From assembly GCA_009103225.1 (NCBI GenBank), contig RHPI01000575.1, positions 295,527 to 359,526 of the forward strand: a stretch of DNA of 64,000 bases. Reading direction: 5' to 3'. This DNA comes from Chlorokybus atmophyticus (Eukaryota; Plantae; Mesostigma and Chlorokybus algae). Below the pieces are notes generated by a model. The model was not told the DNA's origin, searched no databases, and was given only the letters and a program-made list of their open reading frames with translations. The translations under genes and the position numbers were made by a program. Numbering within the stretch: the first letter of the stretch is position 1; each line of letters starts with the position of its first letter. This document shows, in pieces, positions 1 to 13,479 of this stretch.

Positions 1-399
1 TGTGCGAATGGCAATGACGGTGAAAGCTGTGCTGAGCCGCTCAGCACAACTTGAGTAATCAGCAGATTGAAAGGAGCGCCGCAGCATGGCAACTTGCCAT
101 GCTCCATTGGCAAGGGCCTACGAATTCGCGTACCGTACATTGGCAGCGCTCTTGAGGAGTCAAAACCATTGCCGCTACCGTCTTAGATGAGGCATGATGC
201 AAATGGGGTCGTACGATTGGGGCCGCTGATTGGCACCGCTGCTTTCGTGTCTGCCTTCTCTGCCACACAATGCATATACGAGTACTCTAGTGGTAGCCTC
301 CGATCATCTTTTTAAGAGCCAATTGCTGGTCACCATTTTATTGCTTCTTTTGCTGCCAGCCATCGGGGACACACGGTGGTCATCTTATTGACGTCAATC

Positions 400-1640
400 T
401 AGTGGCCCAATATGGCGCTCTCGCCCTGCGGGGCGAGCGTCGAACTTGATGTGTACAGTGGCCCCGTCCGCTTCGTTGCAAGCGCAACTGAGCTTTGACA
501 CTACTATTGAGCTTGCTTTTATGGCATTCTCAACTTTAAGGCGTTGGCATTGATATCTATCTATAGATGGTGCGCATGCCGTTTTTGTTACCAGTGGCAA
601 CAGGGGGTGGGCTTGTGTTATATGACCACAGTAGCCCTTGCCACGCCATCTATGACCGTGACATTTGGCACCTTGCAATTCTCGTCCGACATCCGTTCAG
701 CCCTTGTCGTGTTTTTTGACTCACTGCAGCACACCATCTCGCCGTCTTCAGCTAGCGTACGTGCAATTGCAATCCCTTCAGCGGGACATTACGGAGGTGT
801 TGGATGGCCTCACTCGCCACGAATGTTGTACATCATTGCTGATTGGGGCACTAGCTCGTGACATCGCACGTCTTCAATTGGCATTGGGGTTGGAAGCAAA
901 TGCGTGGCTGCTTGTATTGTCATTTTTCCTTGCATTGCGCATGTCTAGTCATCTCTTTCGCACATTGTAGGCTAGTGCGCTTGCTGCTAAGCCTACCTTA
1001 TCCCATGCTTGCACACGTACTACATAGTATGGCACCGTGCTTGTGGTGCGGCCTTGCCCGACCAACGAGGCATACACCTATTGCGGTGTTCGTTCAGTCC
1101 TCTGCGCATTTCCATGCACGATGTGCTGCGTGATGAGGTTGATCATATGTGGCGGGAGGCGGGATACACGGTAAGCCGGGAGTGCTGTGGTTTCATGCCA
1201 ATCCTGCACGCGAAGTTGCTGAGACGCCGAGTGCACTTGGTGGCCTCTAAGCTAGGCCACAACCTGCGCCTACTATTTGACACCACTGTCACCTCAAGCA
1301 GCGCTCAGTTCGGAGGATTCCTGCTCAGCAAGTGTAGCTAAGTTGGCCAAGTGTTGAAGGTACGGTGATCTCGTCGGGACACAAGTTCAACTCTGAGCGA
1401 TGGCATCTCTTTGGTGGCAGAATCGTCTAGCACTCAGGCGTCCTTCCTCGCACTCATCAAGGATTGCGCGCCCTATGTGGTTCAGCACAGGGATTGCATA
1501 CAACCCATAGGTTCGGATTCGTGTCCATGTATAGTCAGTGGTTGCATAGAATTCAACCTCGCAAATCGGCACTCTTTGCCCTGCCGCTCGTGCCTAAGCA
1601 GCCACGCACTTAGCCGAACTGCGTACATAGTCAGCACCAA
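400..1640 (+). mobile_element. Degenerate non-LTR retrotransposon 3' part (CRE/R2-like, restriction-like endonuclease type); boundaries approximate
   Basis: Frame-broken fragments in the expected order: 'RLQLALGLEANAWLLVLSF..LRMSSHLFRT', zinc knuckle 'ACGAALPDQRGIHLLRC', 'HDVLRDEV...AGYTVSRE', 'RRVHLV...LLFDTTVT' (degenerate PD-(D/E)xK), then 'LVAESS...FLALIKDCA'. Confidence 0.6.
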
Positions 1641-2113
1641 TCACCATGCAGTCAGTGGTGAGCAGTCAGTCACGCACGCATTGCTTCATTCACATGCACG
1701 GCTTGAAGTAGCTATTCTGCACTACTACCTCAAATAGTACAGCAATTGTAATATATGAAGAGCACAATGTGACTGTTGACTAGCTGACTCAGTCGCACGA
1801 TCTTAGCCAGATCTTTCTGTTTAGGATTGTATATAAAACAGCAGCCAGCAAGCGAGCAAGACGCGTTGGCTGCTCTGGGCAGTGAGCGCGATAATGTCAT
1901 ACTCAAGTTCATGCCATGCCTGAGGCGCGGAAAAGCTCAGCGGGATTGACAGTAGAAGTCCACAACCACAACGAGTTGCAACATGCTGCTGCGCTTACAT
2001 GCTGTACATGTGAACACCGCAGCTTTATCTGACTGCACACTGTGCATGTGAACACAGTTCACACACGCGAAGCACACCTTCTTTGTACATAGCCCCCAAA
2101 GCATTTGGTGAAC

Positions 2114-3140
2114 TCACGCTGCGCTGTACGTGGTCTGGAGCAGCGCTGAGGGCCAATCCTTGGCAGCGGTGTGGGCGGAGCGCGGGTATACGTCCCAGTG
2201 CGAGGTGGTCCAGTTCTCCGCGGCTGCGGGAAATGTGTTGGTGTAGAGGTGCACCTGGCGCGGCTCCACCAACCAGTGGAACAGCTCCTGCACATGGGAC
2301 TTGTACAGACGGCTGCTCTTGTGGGCCTCCATGGCACTCTTGCTCGTGAACGCCTGCGTGAACGTTGCATTGTACTGTCAGCACAAGCTGTGGGTAGTTG
2401 TATGCAACAATCTATATATAGGCACCTGTATCAGCAGGTAGCGGTATTTGTTTTTTTGTTGTCGATATAGGTCGCATCTTGCAGCCCCAGCCTGGGTGTA
2501 AACACAGTACAAGTCTGTGTTGTGGTGTGATGCTACCAGCAGCCCAAACCATGCGGAGCATTGCTCTACTAGTACCTCGACTGTTTGTAGCGTGTACTGG
2601 ACAAAGTGCTCCTCAAAATCTACTGCTCTCGATGGGTCCACCACAAGGATTGTAAGCTGGACGTGCACGTGATGCGAATCATCTGCATACCACTCGTATG
2701 TCAACAAGCATGCTGGCAATATTCATGGGCACATTGTCTGATGTATGCAAAACTCACCCTCACTCACCCTCATCGTTGCCCTGCCTCAAGCCAACAGGAA
2801 CGCCAATTGTATCAGGTCCAAGCGGCAGGACAACATCAAAACGCAAAGATTGCGTCTGACTGCAATCCGCCAACCTACTCAACTCCTGCTGAAACTGCTT
2901 ACAAGCACCGTTGGCTTGTGCAGCTTCATACGCTGCATCATTCTCAAACACTTGCGCGAGTGAAAAATGCGAGTGCTTGTCGTCTCCTTGCAACACGTCA
3001 AAGCGAAGCACGCCTGGGGTTTGAAGAGTGTTGGCGGCGGCCTTCTTTGCTATAGCTTGAAAATCGTCAACGCAATCAGGGTGGATTGATAGGTTTGTGA
3101 GAAGCAGGAATGGGAAAAGACTGTTACTTTGCGAGTGCAT
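2114..3140 (-). CDS. Multi-exon protein with two ABM/LsrG-like (dimeric alpha+beta barrel) domains; 5' exons not resolved
   Basis: Domain 1 'LSIHPDCVDDFQAIAKKAAANTLQTPGVLRFDVLQGDDKHSHFSLAQVFENDAAYEAAQ'. Domain 2 'VHVQLTILVVDPSRAVDFEEHF...' spliced to 'MEAHKSSRLYKSHVQELFHWLVEPRQVHLY'. Confidence 0.65.
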
Positions 3141-4673
3141 GGCACCAGGTGAAAGAGCATCTGCTGGCGCTGATCAAGCATGCGACCTGCGTGCAATGGG
3201 GAATGAGTAGAACAATAACTCAAAGGAGTAGTGCCGGGCGACTCTCGACTTGACTCAGACAAACATGACTTGTAGAATGTGCAGCACGAACTCTGGCGTC
3301 ACACAGCTGTGGCACCGCTAGCTACCAGTTTGCTGACTAACAGGCTGTGATACTGCAACAACAATCAATCACTGGAGGTAAGCCACTGGTTGTGCTGCTG
3401 TGCAGCCCGCATTGCATGTGGACGGCTCGGCAAATCTGGTTTCGGTGGTTACCACTGTACCACCCTATGCAAACACGCGTGCAGCTTACACGGTTTGCTA
3501 TGCGCCACATGACAGCCGTCAGACACGCATTAAGAAGTGGTTCATAGCGTGCACGAAGCGTTTGATCTGTGCCACATGTGTACCTAACGTCACCGTGGCA
3601 GTAGGTTGCAACTGCACATCGTGCATGTCACTGCAAGCAATATAGGTTGCTATGCTTCAGCAGCACAGTTGTCACGCATGCAGACACCTATGGTACTAGA
3701 ACATGGCAGCCTGTGGGCATATAGAGTGCGTTGGGCTCATCAGCACATCGCATGCTGAAACGTGCCACCACGAGAGAGCATGGGCCTGTTCCTACGCAGA
3801 AACAAGCCAGCTCCACATCACCTGCTTCTCATGCACCGCGTGCCACGACACAAACCCTTCCAGAACGGCATATTTCACCTCCGCCACCACCGCCGCCGCC
3901 GCCACCACCACCGCCGCCAAACCGTCGAGCAAGCAAACGGCTGCGCATGCATTCAGACAGATGCTGCTTTTCAAAGCTACAACGCAAGCAGTTGAAGATC
4001 CGATTTTGCGAGCCAGAATACCGCGGTTACTTGACCGGCAACGTCGGTCGGGTTGACCGCTCGGTCAAACACCAAGCCACGAAACCCCTACTGAACTCAG
4101 CGGTTTGTTCACCCAGCATGGTCAGCTACCCTAAGTTATCACGGGACTAAAACGAACCACTGGACTAGAGCGGACAGCAGCAATCTGTGAAAGCCTGCGT
4201 GCTGCTGTTTTGTCAGCGTCTGTTGCATTATGCCGGTGACCTGCGCACGCAGGCGAGCAATGATGACGATGATGACTGTGCTTGTCAACATTGCTGGTAC
4301 ACTTGTTGCTGTCGGTAGCAGTGGTGTCGGTGCGGATGTTGGTTGTCTTGGAGGCCGTGGTGACACGAAGGTTAGAGCTGGTGCTACGGTACAGTTGCTG
4401 GGTCACCTTGCTTCTGTGGCAGTTGCACATGTTTTCACTGTTTGTGCTGCAAGGTTAGGTGGTGAGATGCGCAAGCAGAACTTGCTGCTTTGGGGCTGTC
4501 AGCATGCTGTTGCGGTTGGGCGCTTGCGTGTGTATGTGCTTGCGTGCCTATGTGCACACGCATGCACACAGGCACAAACAGAAGCTTATGTACGCATGCG
4601 TGTGCCTGAATGCGCGTTTGTGGGTGCTTGCTGGAGACACTCTATATTTGCTTCAGATCGTGGATCATCAAGC

Positions 4674-7084
4674 ATGGTGGATGCGCGAGGAGACAGTGAC
4701 TCTGGCAGGGGCGGGAGGGCTGAGCAGCAGCAGCAGCATGCTCCTGCGCAGAAGCACGATCACGGGCATCAGGAATCCCATCAGGTGGACAAGTTCGGGC
4801 GTGTGGCTGATCCGCACAAGGCTCGCCAGCGCACAGAAGCCAAGCCTGGCGGCATTCCTCCTTCATCCAAGGCAGGCAAGCATGCACGTCCAGATGATGC
4901 GTGTTTGCTTGCTTACAGTATTTAGGCAAGCGTACCTTTAGGTCATTGTGTCCATATGGACTTCCAGGCTGCAGACAGAGTGACGCTGCATGTAACACTG
5001 ACTGCGAGGACAGATAAATGCATGCCAACTGTTGTCGCATGAGCTCAAGTGCATTCTCAGCTCGTTTGTGAATTGTAACCACTGTTGTGCGCTTATAGAG
5101 AAGCACATTCAACTTGCCTCATCACTGTTGCAGGCTTTGATGGTCTAGAAAAGAGTCGAGAAGAAGACAGTGCTGAAAGCGAGGGCCAGAGGCAAGCTGC
5201 GCCTGCCGGGCATTCTGGTGGAGCGGAACAAGCTAACAAGAACGAAGATGGTAATGATGACCAGAAGCCTGAAGGTCATCCTTCAGACGACTACCTTAGC
5301 GTGACAGCACCTCCCGGCCCGGATGGAGTGCTGCGCTGCGAAGACGAGGATAATGTCACGCAGCCTGATCAGCAGGATGAGCACACGCCAGACGCCTGGA
5401 TTTGCCGCCATCCAAAGCTCATCCGGCTGACTGGTATGCACTTGCACGCTTGATGTTGGCATGTGCTTGTCTGCTGGCATGCGTGCAGGCTGCACACATA
5501 AGTTGATGGCATGGTAAGAAGTAAAACATGGTCACAAATGCAAACAGCTGGTATACCATGCATACGTCATTGTGAATGATAGTAAAGCATATGGTGTAGA
5601 GTACAAGTTTTATGACGGCGGGGTGATTAAGCTTTAGAACAACAGGTAAGCATCCGCTCAACGCTGAAGCTCCGCTGGATCTGACGTTGTCGCGAGGTTT
5701 CTTGACGCCCACGTCGCTGCACTATGTGCGCAACCACGGCGCTGTTCCAAAGCTGGACCAGAATCTTGCGTTTGTCATCAAGGTATGTATGCTGCAAAGA
5801 GTTCATATCAAACCTGCTAGCATAATACACAAATTTAACTTAACATTGTACAGGGTATGGTCAAGATTGAAAAGACACTGACAGTCAAGGAGCTGAGACA
5901 GCAGTACCCGCCTCGCGAACTTGCCATCACCCTTGTGTGTGATGGCAACCGCCGCAAAGAGCTTAACACCATCAAGAAGACGCACGGTTTCAGCTATGGC
6001 GCTGGCGCTGTTTCATCCTCTGTATGGAAGGTATGCTTGCACAAGAGTTAATAGAGTAGTTCACTGTTGTAGCATTGTCACTGAGCGACTTTGTTGCAGG
6101 GCACCAGGTTGTGCGATGTTGCGTAGCTGCGGCGTAGTTGAGCCTACACACCGCAGCAAGCAGCTACATGTTTGGTTCACAGGAGCTGATTCACTGCCAA
6201 AGGTATGCAGGTCTTGACATGGGTTTTTTTGTTTTCTTATTTGCATTGGTAGGCTCATGTCCCAGGCACAGGGTTCATATGGGACATCCATTCCTCTCGG
6301 TAAAGCGCTTGACCCCGCTGAGGATGTCTTGCTGGCGTATGAAATGAATGGCGAGCCTCTACATCCTGACCACGGGTGAGACGAGAGAGCTGAAGAACCA
6401 CAAGGCTGTGTGTGTGTGTATGATTATCTTGATAATTCTTCTTATGATAACTGTCATGCCATACCAGCTACCCGCTACGCGTGGTTATTCCTGGTTATGT
6501 TGGAGGACGCCAAGTCAAGTGGCTGTCGGAGATTCGAGTGGAAAGCCGCGAAAGCAACTCGTGGTATCATTTTCATGATAACAAGGTGCATGTCTATGTC
6601 CGCGTGCGCGTGTGCACGCCCTTGCGTGTGTTTATGCACTTCCACAATGTCACACATATCATTGGAGCAATATGGATCGATTGTTGGATAGGTGCTTCCA
6701 CCGGATGTGGATGATACCATAGCAAAGCAGCAGAACATGTGGCTCAACCAACACTACATGTTGACCCAACTCAACATCAATAGTGCCATCGCATATCCCA
6801 TGCACGGAGAAGTTTGGTCTCACAAGTAGGTCACCTGTGAGATGCAGATTGCATGCCATTGTGCCGAAACTAGTGCAAATGAGCTGCTCCTTTGCGCAGA
6901 AAAGCCGATGAGACGTACGCCATCAAGGGGTACGCTTACACGGGAGGAGGTCGGCCAATCCAGCGGGTTGAGGTGTCTCTTGATCAGGGAAACACCTGGC
7001 GCACATGCCGCTTCATTGCTCAGGTGTGTGCCTTGCTACTTGCTTCACCACATCATCCCATAAGAGCGCAACTCTAAGGACTGG

Positions 7085-7149
<65 letters not shown>

Positions 7150-9308
7150 GCCTGTCGTCTGAAAGTTGACGCCTTTGCCAATAACCATCAGAGCTAAGCA
7201 ACATTTGACCAAGTTGTTGTGACTGTGCTTGTCAAGGCGGAGCCGACAGAGTATGGTCGCAATTGGTGCTGGGTGCACTGGCAGCTTGAAGTTACTGTGG
7301 AGGAAGTGTTTGCCAGCAAGGATCTGATAGTGCGGGCGGTCGACGAGGCGTTCAACATGCAGCCCGAGCGGCCGACGTGGAACCTCCTCGGCATGATGAA
7401 CAACTGCTGGTACCGCGTGCGGGTCAACACCGTCAAGGGCCCGGACCAAGAGCTTGCGCTGTCCTTTCAACATCCCACCGTGCCCGGCACCGGCAAAGGC
7501 GGCTGGATGGAAAAACCAGAGGAAGACCAGCCTGAGGTACGTGCGCAGCTCAGAGTGTACTTGCAGTTAAACTAGTATGACAGTGTGCACAGTGATGTGT
7601 GCACGATGGCTGCGTGTGTCGACATACACGCATGGATGTAAGCCTCCACAGGCTTCTACACTCACTGGTCTTCATGAATGCGTGCACCCAGCAAATTGAA
7701 GTCATCCTTGCACTGTGCTTAGCACAACATCCCCACTTGCTCTGCTGCAGATTGCTGGTGGCAAGCATGGTGCGAAAATCAAGATGGCGGAGGTGCGCAA
7801 GCATACGAGCGAGAAGGATGCATGGTTAGTGCTCGCTGGGAAAGTGTTCAACGTGACGGATTTCCTGAAGGATCATCCAGGCGGCGCCGAGCCTATCCTC
7901 ATGAATGCCGGACAGGACGCCACGGACGAGTTCGACTCCATACACGACGCCATGGCCCGCCAGATGACAGCAAAATACTACATTGGTGATCTTGACCCTG
8001 AAGATCAGGTCAAGGAGTGTCACGTGTTTGTCGCATGTGTGATGCGTACTGTGTGTGAGCGCGCGCACTCGCATGCATGTACATGCGTGCGTGCGTGTGT
8101 GTGTGAGTAGTGAATTGTATGGCAACTCATGTCGTGGTCAGGATGAAGAGGTTGAGGAAGTCCCGAAGCAGGATGACAGGGGGAGACCGATCGCATTGAA
8201 CCCACGCAAGGCGCAGCCGTTCATGCTTGAAAAGAAGACGCAAGTGTCTCATGACACGGTGCGACTGCGGTTTGCGCTGCCCTCAAAGGAGCATGTCATG
8301 GGCTTGCCGGTCGGGAAACACATCACCGTCAGCGCGCGCATAGACGGAAAATTGATCGTCCGGCCTTACACGCCTGTGTCCAACGATGACGAGGACCAGG
8401 GCTTTATACAGCTAGTTGTCAAGGTGAGAAGACGTTATTGTTCACACCAGTCTTCTTCGAGCTGTCATGGTCAGATGTTATCATCGCTCTCTTCGAGATG
8501 ACATGAACTGCCTGTGGGAATAGGTGTACCCGCAAGGGCGCATGAGCCAGCGCTTGCACTCGCTGAAGGTCAGCTGTGTTTATCACTCCTTTTTGTTGGA
8601 TACTTCTGGTGTCTTACGTCACATGTTGTGTACTTGCTTCCAGGAAGGTGATACCATCGACTTCAAAGGGCCTGTCGGGCGGTATGTCTACAAAGGCAAC
8701 GGCGAGTTTGACTTGGGCTCCAGAACGTTGCATGTGAAGCACGTCGGCATGGTAGCTGGCGGCACTGGCATCACTCCCATGTATCAGGTGTGGTATTGCT
8801 GCCAATTTGCTTTCAAATGGGTGCTATAAAACTTGGCTGCAACAACACTCACACACAACATGCACATGCACATGTGCGCACATGCGTATGCCTACCCAGG
8901 CACATATGCACACGTGTGCACGCATGTGGAGGGCACGAGTACAACATGTTGTTGCATGTGGTGCAGGTCATGTCGAAGATCGTGCGGGACAAGGATGACG
9001 CACCGGACGTGAAGCTCGTGTTTGCAAACAAGACGGAGGATGACATCCTTCTACACAATGAGCTGGACCAGATGGCATTGGACAACCGCGACAAAGTTGG
9101 CGTGTATCACGTTATCAGCCACCCCAAGGCGGATGATTGGTCGCAGGGCAGAGGACACATCAATGCAGACATAATCAGGGATCACCTGCCTCCACCCGGT
9201 GAAGACACTCTTGTGCTTATGTGCGGACCTCCAGGCTTGATTGAAAAAGCCGTCAAGCCTGCACTCCAGAAATTGGGCTACCTCAGCAACAATGTTGTTT
9301 CTTATTGA
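4674..9308 (+). CDS. NIA: Assimilatory NAD(P)H nitrate reductase (Moco, dimerisation, cytochrome b5, FAD and NADH domains), about 16-17 exons; start codon tentative
   Basis: Ordered exons: '[17 protein letters not shown]|KHPLNAE', '[11 protein letters not shown]', '[11 protein letters not shown]', '[14 protein letters not shown]', '[16 protein letters not shown]', 'WCWVHW', '[14 protein letters not shown]', b5 'FLKDHPGG', 'GLPVGKH...RPYTP', '[14 protein letters not shown]', 'CGPPGLIE'; stop at 9308. Confidence 0.96.
7087..7145. repeat. (CT)n microsatellite in an NR intron
   Basis: About 29 CT units seen directly. Confidence 0.95.
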
Positions 9309-11429
9309 ACACTCCAATCGTTCTTACATTCTTGTAGCTGCACATTAGGAGTACATTAGGTCATGCTGTTTGATCAAGTTGTTGCGTATGTATCAAAGGG
9401 CATGCAGCTGTGGGAAACTAGCACAATCGCGACGTCATCAGCGATGCTTTGAGCCATTGTATAAGGTATAAGTCATAGGGCAAAGAAGCAGTGTATGGTG
9501 AGTGTGGCATTCACCCATTCGTGTGTTCCGTCATGCAACATGAGAATTATGTGGCTGATTATGTGGCTTCCAAGACCCACATGTCGGCACACATGTGGGT
9601 CTTGGAACCACAATTGGGTACCCAGACTGCCAGCAGTCGTTGTTGTTATTATTATGTTGCTGCACTCCTACAAGCGCCCGCCCAAACAACATTGCCCGTA
9701 GGCTACGGGCCTTAGTGGCATTCGGCTTTACATACAGCAGCAATTGAATGCTTGCACAAGCGCCACATGCCAATGCCGCGCCTATCACAATCAAGTCGCA
9801 CACTGGCAATGTTGCCGGTTATTGCACATGCATGACTGCCTTACTACTTGCTAACTCAATGACTGTGTGGACATCATTCTCAGCGGCATTCGCGCTGGCA
9901 CCTTCTGATTCCCTGCAGCCATGGCTTCCGTCATACCACACAACTTACAAGACCTGCTACACAGCCTCAGCCGCCATCGCTGGCGCTCATTTGCACAGCA
10001 CTGCAAGCATCCCCGCCCTCCGCCCTAACCTGCCTGCGCTTACTGCTGCTACGCTCTATCCATTGTCTGGCCCTCGGCCTGCAAAGCCTGCGTCCTTACC
10101 CCTACCGCCTGTTGTACAAGCCTGCTTTGCAAACTCGACACTACTTGCCCTTAGCCTGCCCTGCTGCCTCTGCCCCTCCCCTCCCCTCCGCCTTGCACCA
10201 GCACTTAGCTAGTGCACATAGGTTACTTAATGCCCTTGCCCTTTTGATTGAGCTGCCAGTGCCCGTGTGCTTGCTGGTGCTTGTGCTGCCTGTGCGTGCG
10301 TTGTGTCAACGTTGGGAAAGCCTATGCATGCATGCCTGTATGTTTAATAGGGTTGGGTTCAAAGTTTGTTGTGATGAGATAGGTAGGCAGTGAGTAGGTT
10401 GACAGCCTAGTGGTGAATGTAAGTAACTTGGTGGTGTGTGGCTTGCGTTGCATGTCTCACACTCTCATGCAACACAGTGCATGTCATAACTTTTTGCTTT
10501 GCCTATACTGTACATTAGGGTAACCGGATCTTAATTGGGACAATATCTCAATGTTGATTGCGGACGGCGCCTGCTAGGACCAATTTTCGCGTGTGGTGGT
10601 GTGTGTTGGCGGCCGATGGGTCCTCTATTGGTACATGCTAATTGCTGGTGACCAATGGGTGATTACGACCAAACAATAGCGTAATTGGTTACATATTGGC
10701 GCCAATACAGCTTGTCAAGCACACACATTGTTGGTCATGCGTGCAAGGTTGACTTCACTTTGAAGTACCAACAATTCTAGAGTGGTTAGTCAAATGTGTC
10801 GCTTTTATGCTGACATGACTGTAGCCCTTGTCATTTAGAATGTGTGTGTGTCCCTTAAGAGGTTTATGTAGCTGAAAAACCATATAAAGATAAAGGCGGG
10901 CAAAGTGCGATTCTAGCTGTCCAGATTTAAGAGTCGTAAGATAACAACGTCTGCAAGGTCGGTTGCTTGTAATAGTTGTGCTGTGTTGTGCTGGGGGTTG
11001 TAATTGCAGAGGAGGTGTTGGGGGTTGTTGCTGCAGGTGGTAGGTGTAGCTGCTGAGGCGGTGTTCATTTTCCCATTGGTAGTTACCACTGTATTGGCTA
11101 CGAGCTCGTGATAAGCATGCAAAAACTCCCCGCCAATCACAGAGATACATTGCAATGTGTATACACATCAACATGCATACACGCACATTGTTAATCATAC
11201 ACAACCGTGGGTTAGTAACCACGCTATACAAGTTGTTCCGCCTGCTGACCGGGTGAGTGGATAAACTCAATGGCTGATCACAACTATGCTATCACCAGGC
11301 CTGCCCTTTTAAAAAAGGTAAGACATTAATGTAGCAAAGTGCATGTGTGTGTGCATGTGTGCGCAGACTCTAGACGAGCTTGATGAAGAACCCTTGGCGT
11401 ACGTACAACGCAGAGAAAACGGGCTTTGA

Positions 11430-11466
11430 CCCCCCCCCCCCCCCCCCCCCNCCCCCCCCCCCCCCC
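11430..11466. repeat. Poly-C run containing an N (possible assembly join)
   Basis: C homopolymer with an n at 11451. Confidence 0.9.
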
Positions 11467-11719
11467 ACCACCACCACACACACACCGTGTGTATGTGACA
11501 TACACAGCTTGGGTTAGTGCATGTGCATGACTCCGGAGTTAAAGGTTGGTAGCGAAGCTAATACAATTGTGTGCATACAGAGTTTGTGAAGGTGATACTA
11601 CTAGTGACGTATGTACAAATGTAATGGATATAAAAGTAACGTATGTAATGTAATGTATATACTACACAGCTCCGTATATATTGGTTATAAGAACCCTTAT
11701 CACAGTCAAATTGACAATT

Positions 11720-12700
11720 GCAAATACATGAGTGTCATGGCTTGTGTCAATGCATCTGGGCAGTACAAGCCACCTTTGTACATCCAGAGCAAGCAGCTCA
11801 CGAACAACTACATGCATTCCGCCCCTGGCAGCATAATGAGGATGCAAGAAGATGCATACATAACTCTTGACATATTCGCTAGTGGTTGACTTTTTCATTT
11901 TGCTGCCTGCGTACCTTGGGGGTGCAGTGTTGAGCCTGTTGCTGGTGCTCAATGGCTATACTTCACGCATGAATGGCATCACCTTCCTCACCTTCCCTGC
12001 ACCGCACATGATGCACCTAATGCACGTACAAACGCTGTTAGTGTGTAAGTTCTTACACATGCACAAACTTGCATAAACATATGCACACACAAATGCACAC
12101 CTGCGCAACACCAACACCAACAAAGCACAAGTCCTGATTGTCTGCTGCTTCAAGTCTTTAAAGCAGCAGAACAAGATAGAGTTCTTGCGCTGGCGCATGA
12201 AATCCTCTAATGCACCCATCAGTAAGATTGGATTTGTACAGCTGACATTTGGGTCACACCTCTAAGCCATGACGCCCGAGAGCATTTTAAGTGGGTTGAA
12301 AAGGACAAGTACTTAAAAGCTTACATGCTTACGTTACCAATGTTGGCATGACAAACACACACGCACTTACATATGGCATGTGCACAGGAGTATGGCCCAT
12401 GTCGCCTCATGCACTTGACCATACATTTACGGTCCTCGAATGCCTGAGTTGCCAATCCTGGAGGAGTGCACTCCGGAGCTGGCTCATGGCGAAGCTTAGC
12501 ATGGGTTTGGAGGCTCTGCACTAGATGGAGAGAGCTTGCCCCATTAGTTTGAGGATAACGACTCCAATGCCACAAAGGACGATGGCGACGATAGCGACAA
12601 GGGGAATGCTCCTCCACCAGCCACCCTGAACAACGTCAACAACCACATCAGCAACAACACAGCCCCTACTGGCAACATCAACTTTGGAATCAACCAGCAA
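11720..12700 (+). pseudogene. Degenerate pogo/Fot1-type (DDE_1) transposase relic
   Basis: 'MSVMACVNASGQYKPPLYI...MQEDAYITLDIF', 'LLLVLNGYTSR...ITFLTFPAPHMMHLM', 'FKSLKQQ', 'GVWPMSPHAL' match the DDE_1 motif order, with stops and frameshifts. Confidence 0.65.
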
Positions 12701-12949
12701 TAGCTAGCTCAGGAGGGTTGGCATCAGAAGTCTAGCAGGAGTCCACAGGTGCAGGCCCGGGGCTCTTAAGTTTGGACTTTGGTCGGACCTTACAAAAGTA
12801 TAGTCAAACATAGTTGCATCATGCGGCATGCGGGCATGCATCACAACACAATGCATACGCGTGTGTGCGGGCATGCATTACAAAATGTTATTGCATGCGG
12901 CAGTAATGCGTGCGCATAATGCTGTTACACTAGAGGTAATCCCCCATTT

Positions 12950-13096
12950 TGGCAAAGCCCCACCGCCAGAAAGATGCCCCTGCCCCGAAGGCAGGAGCAT
13001 TTCGAACCGCGCGCCACCAGCAATTCACAACTTGGTGACGCGCGGTGCATTATCGCCCTGTACTCGGGGCAAGGGCATTTTTCTGGTGGGCCCAAA
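12950..13096. repeat. Imperfect nested inverted repeat (foldback, MITE-like)
   Basis: Arms 12958-12987 (cccaccgccagaaagatgcccctgccccga) and 13064-13090 (tcggggcaagggcatttttctggtggg), plus inner arms cgcgcgccacca / tggtgacgcgcg. Confidence 0.6.
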
Positions 13097-13479
13097 CATG
13101 CGCGCGCATGCAAGAAGAATGCATTTGCGTTTGGAGCCGCTGGTGCAACTAGGCAATCAAACGCCGTTATAAGCATACCTTCTATTCACAACAATTGTAT
13201 GCTACTATTGGTGTTATGCAACTACCGACGTAAGCATTTTGTATGCTACTAACGGTGCAAGCAATGCGGTTACAAGCATAAAGTATGCTGCTATTAATGA
13301 AGCTTTAACGGGCTAAAGCATGCAATCTGATGTGCTCGCGTAACGTTGACATGCATGCAACATGTTGTATGTACACACAACAATTTAATACACATGTCTC
13401 TATGCTTCACTTATGTCTTCTTCCTCGCTATCTGCATCATTATGAACCACGCAGTAATGCGGTAAAGTAGTTTACTGGC

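Noticed and set aside
3703-4460. Pro/Ala-rich and Thr-rich ORFs between the ABM and NR genes
   Set aside because: Driven by (CCG/CCA)n low complexity; likely UTR, promoter or transit-peptide exons that cannot be resolved without transcripts.
11662-11952. Cys-rich minus-strand frames resembling a CXC domain
   Set aside because: The plus strand is explained by the pogo DDE_1 relic.
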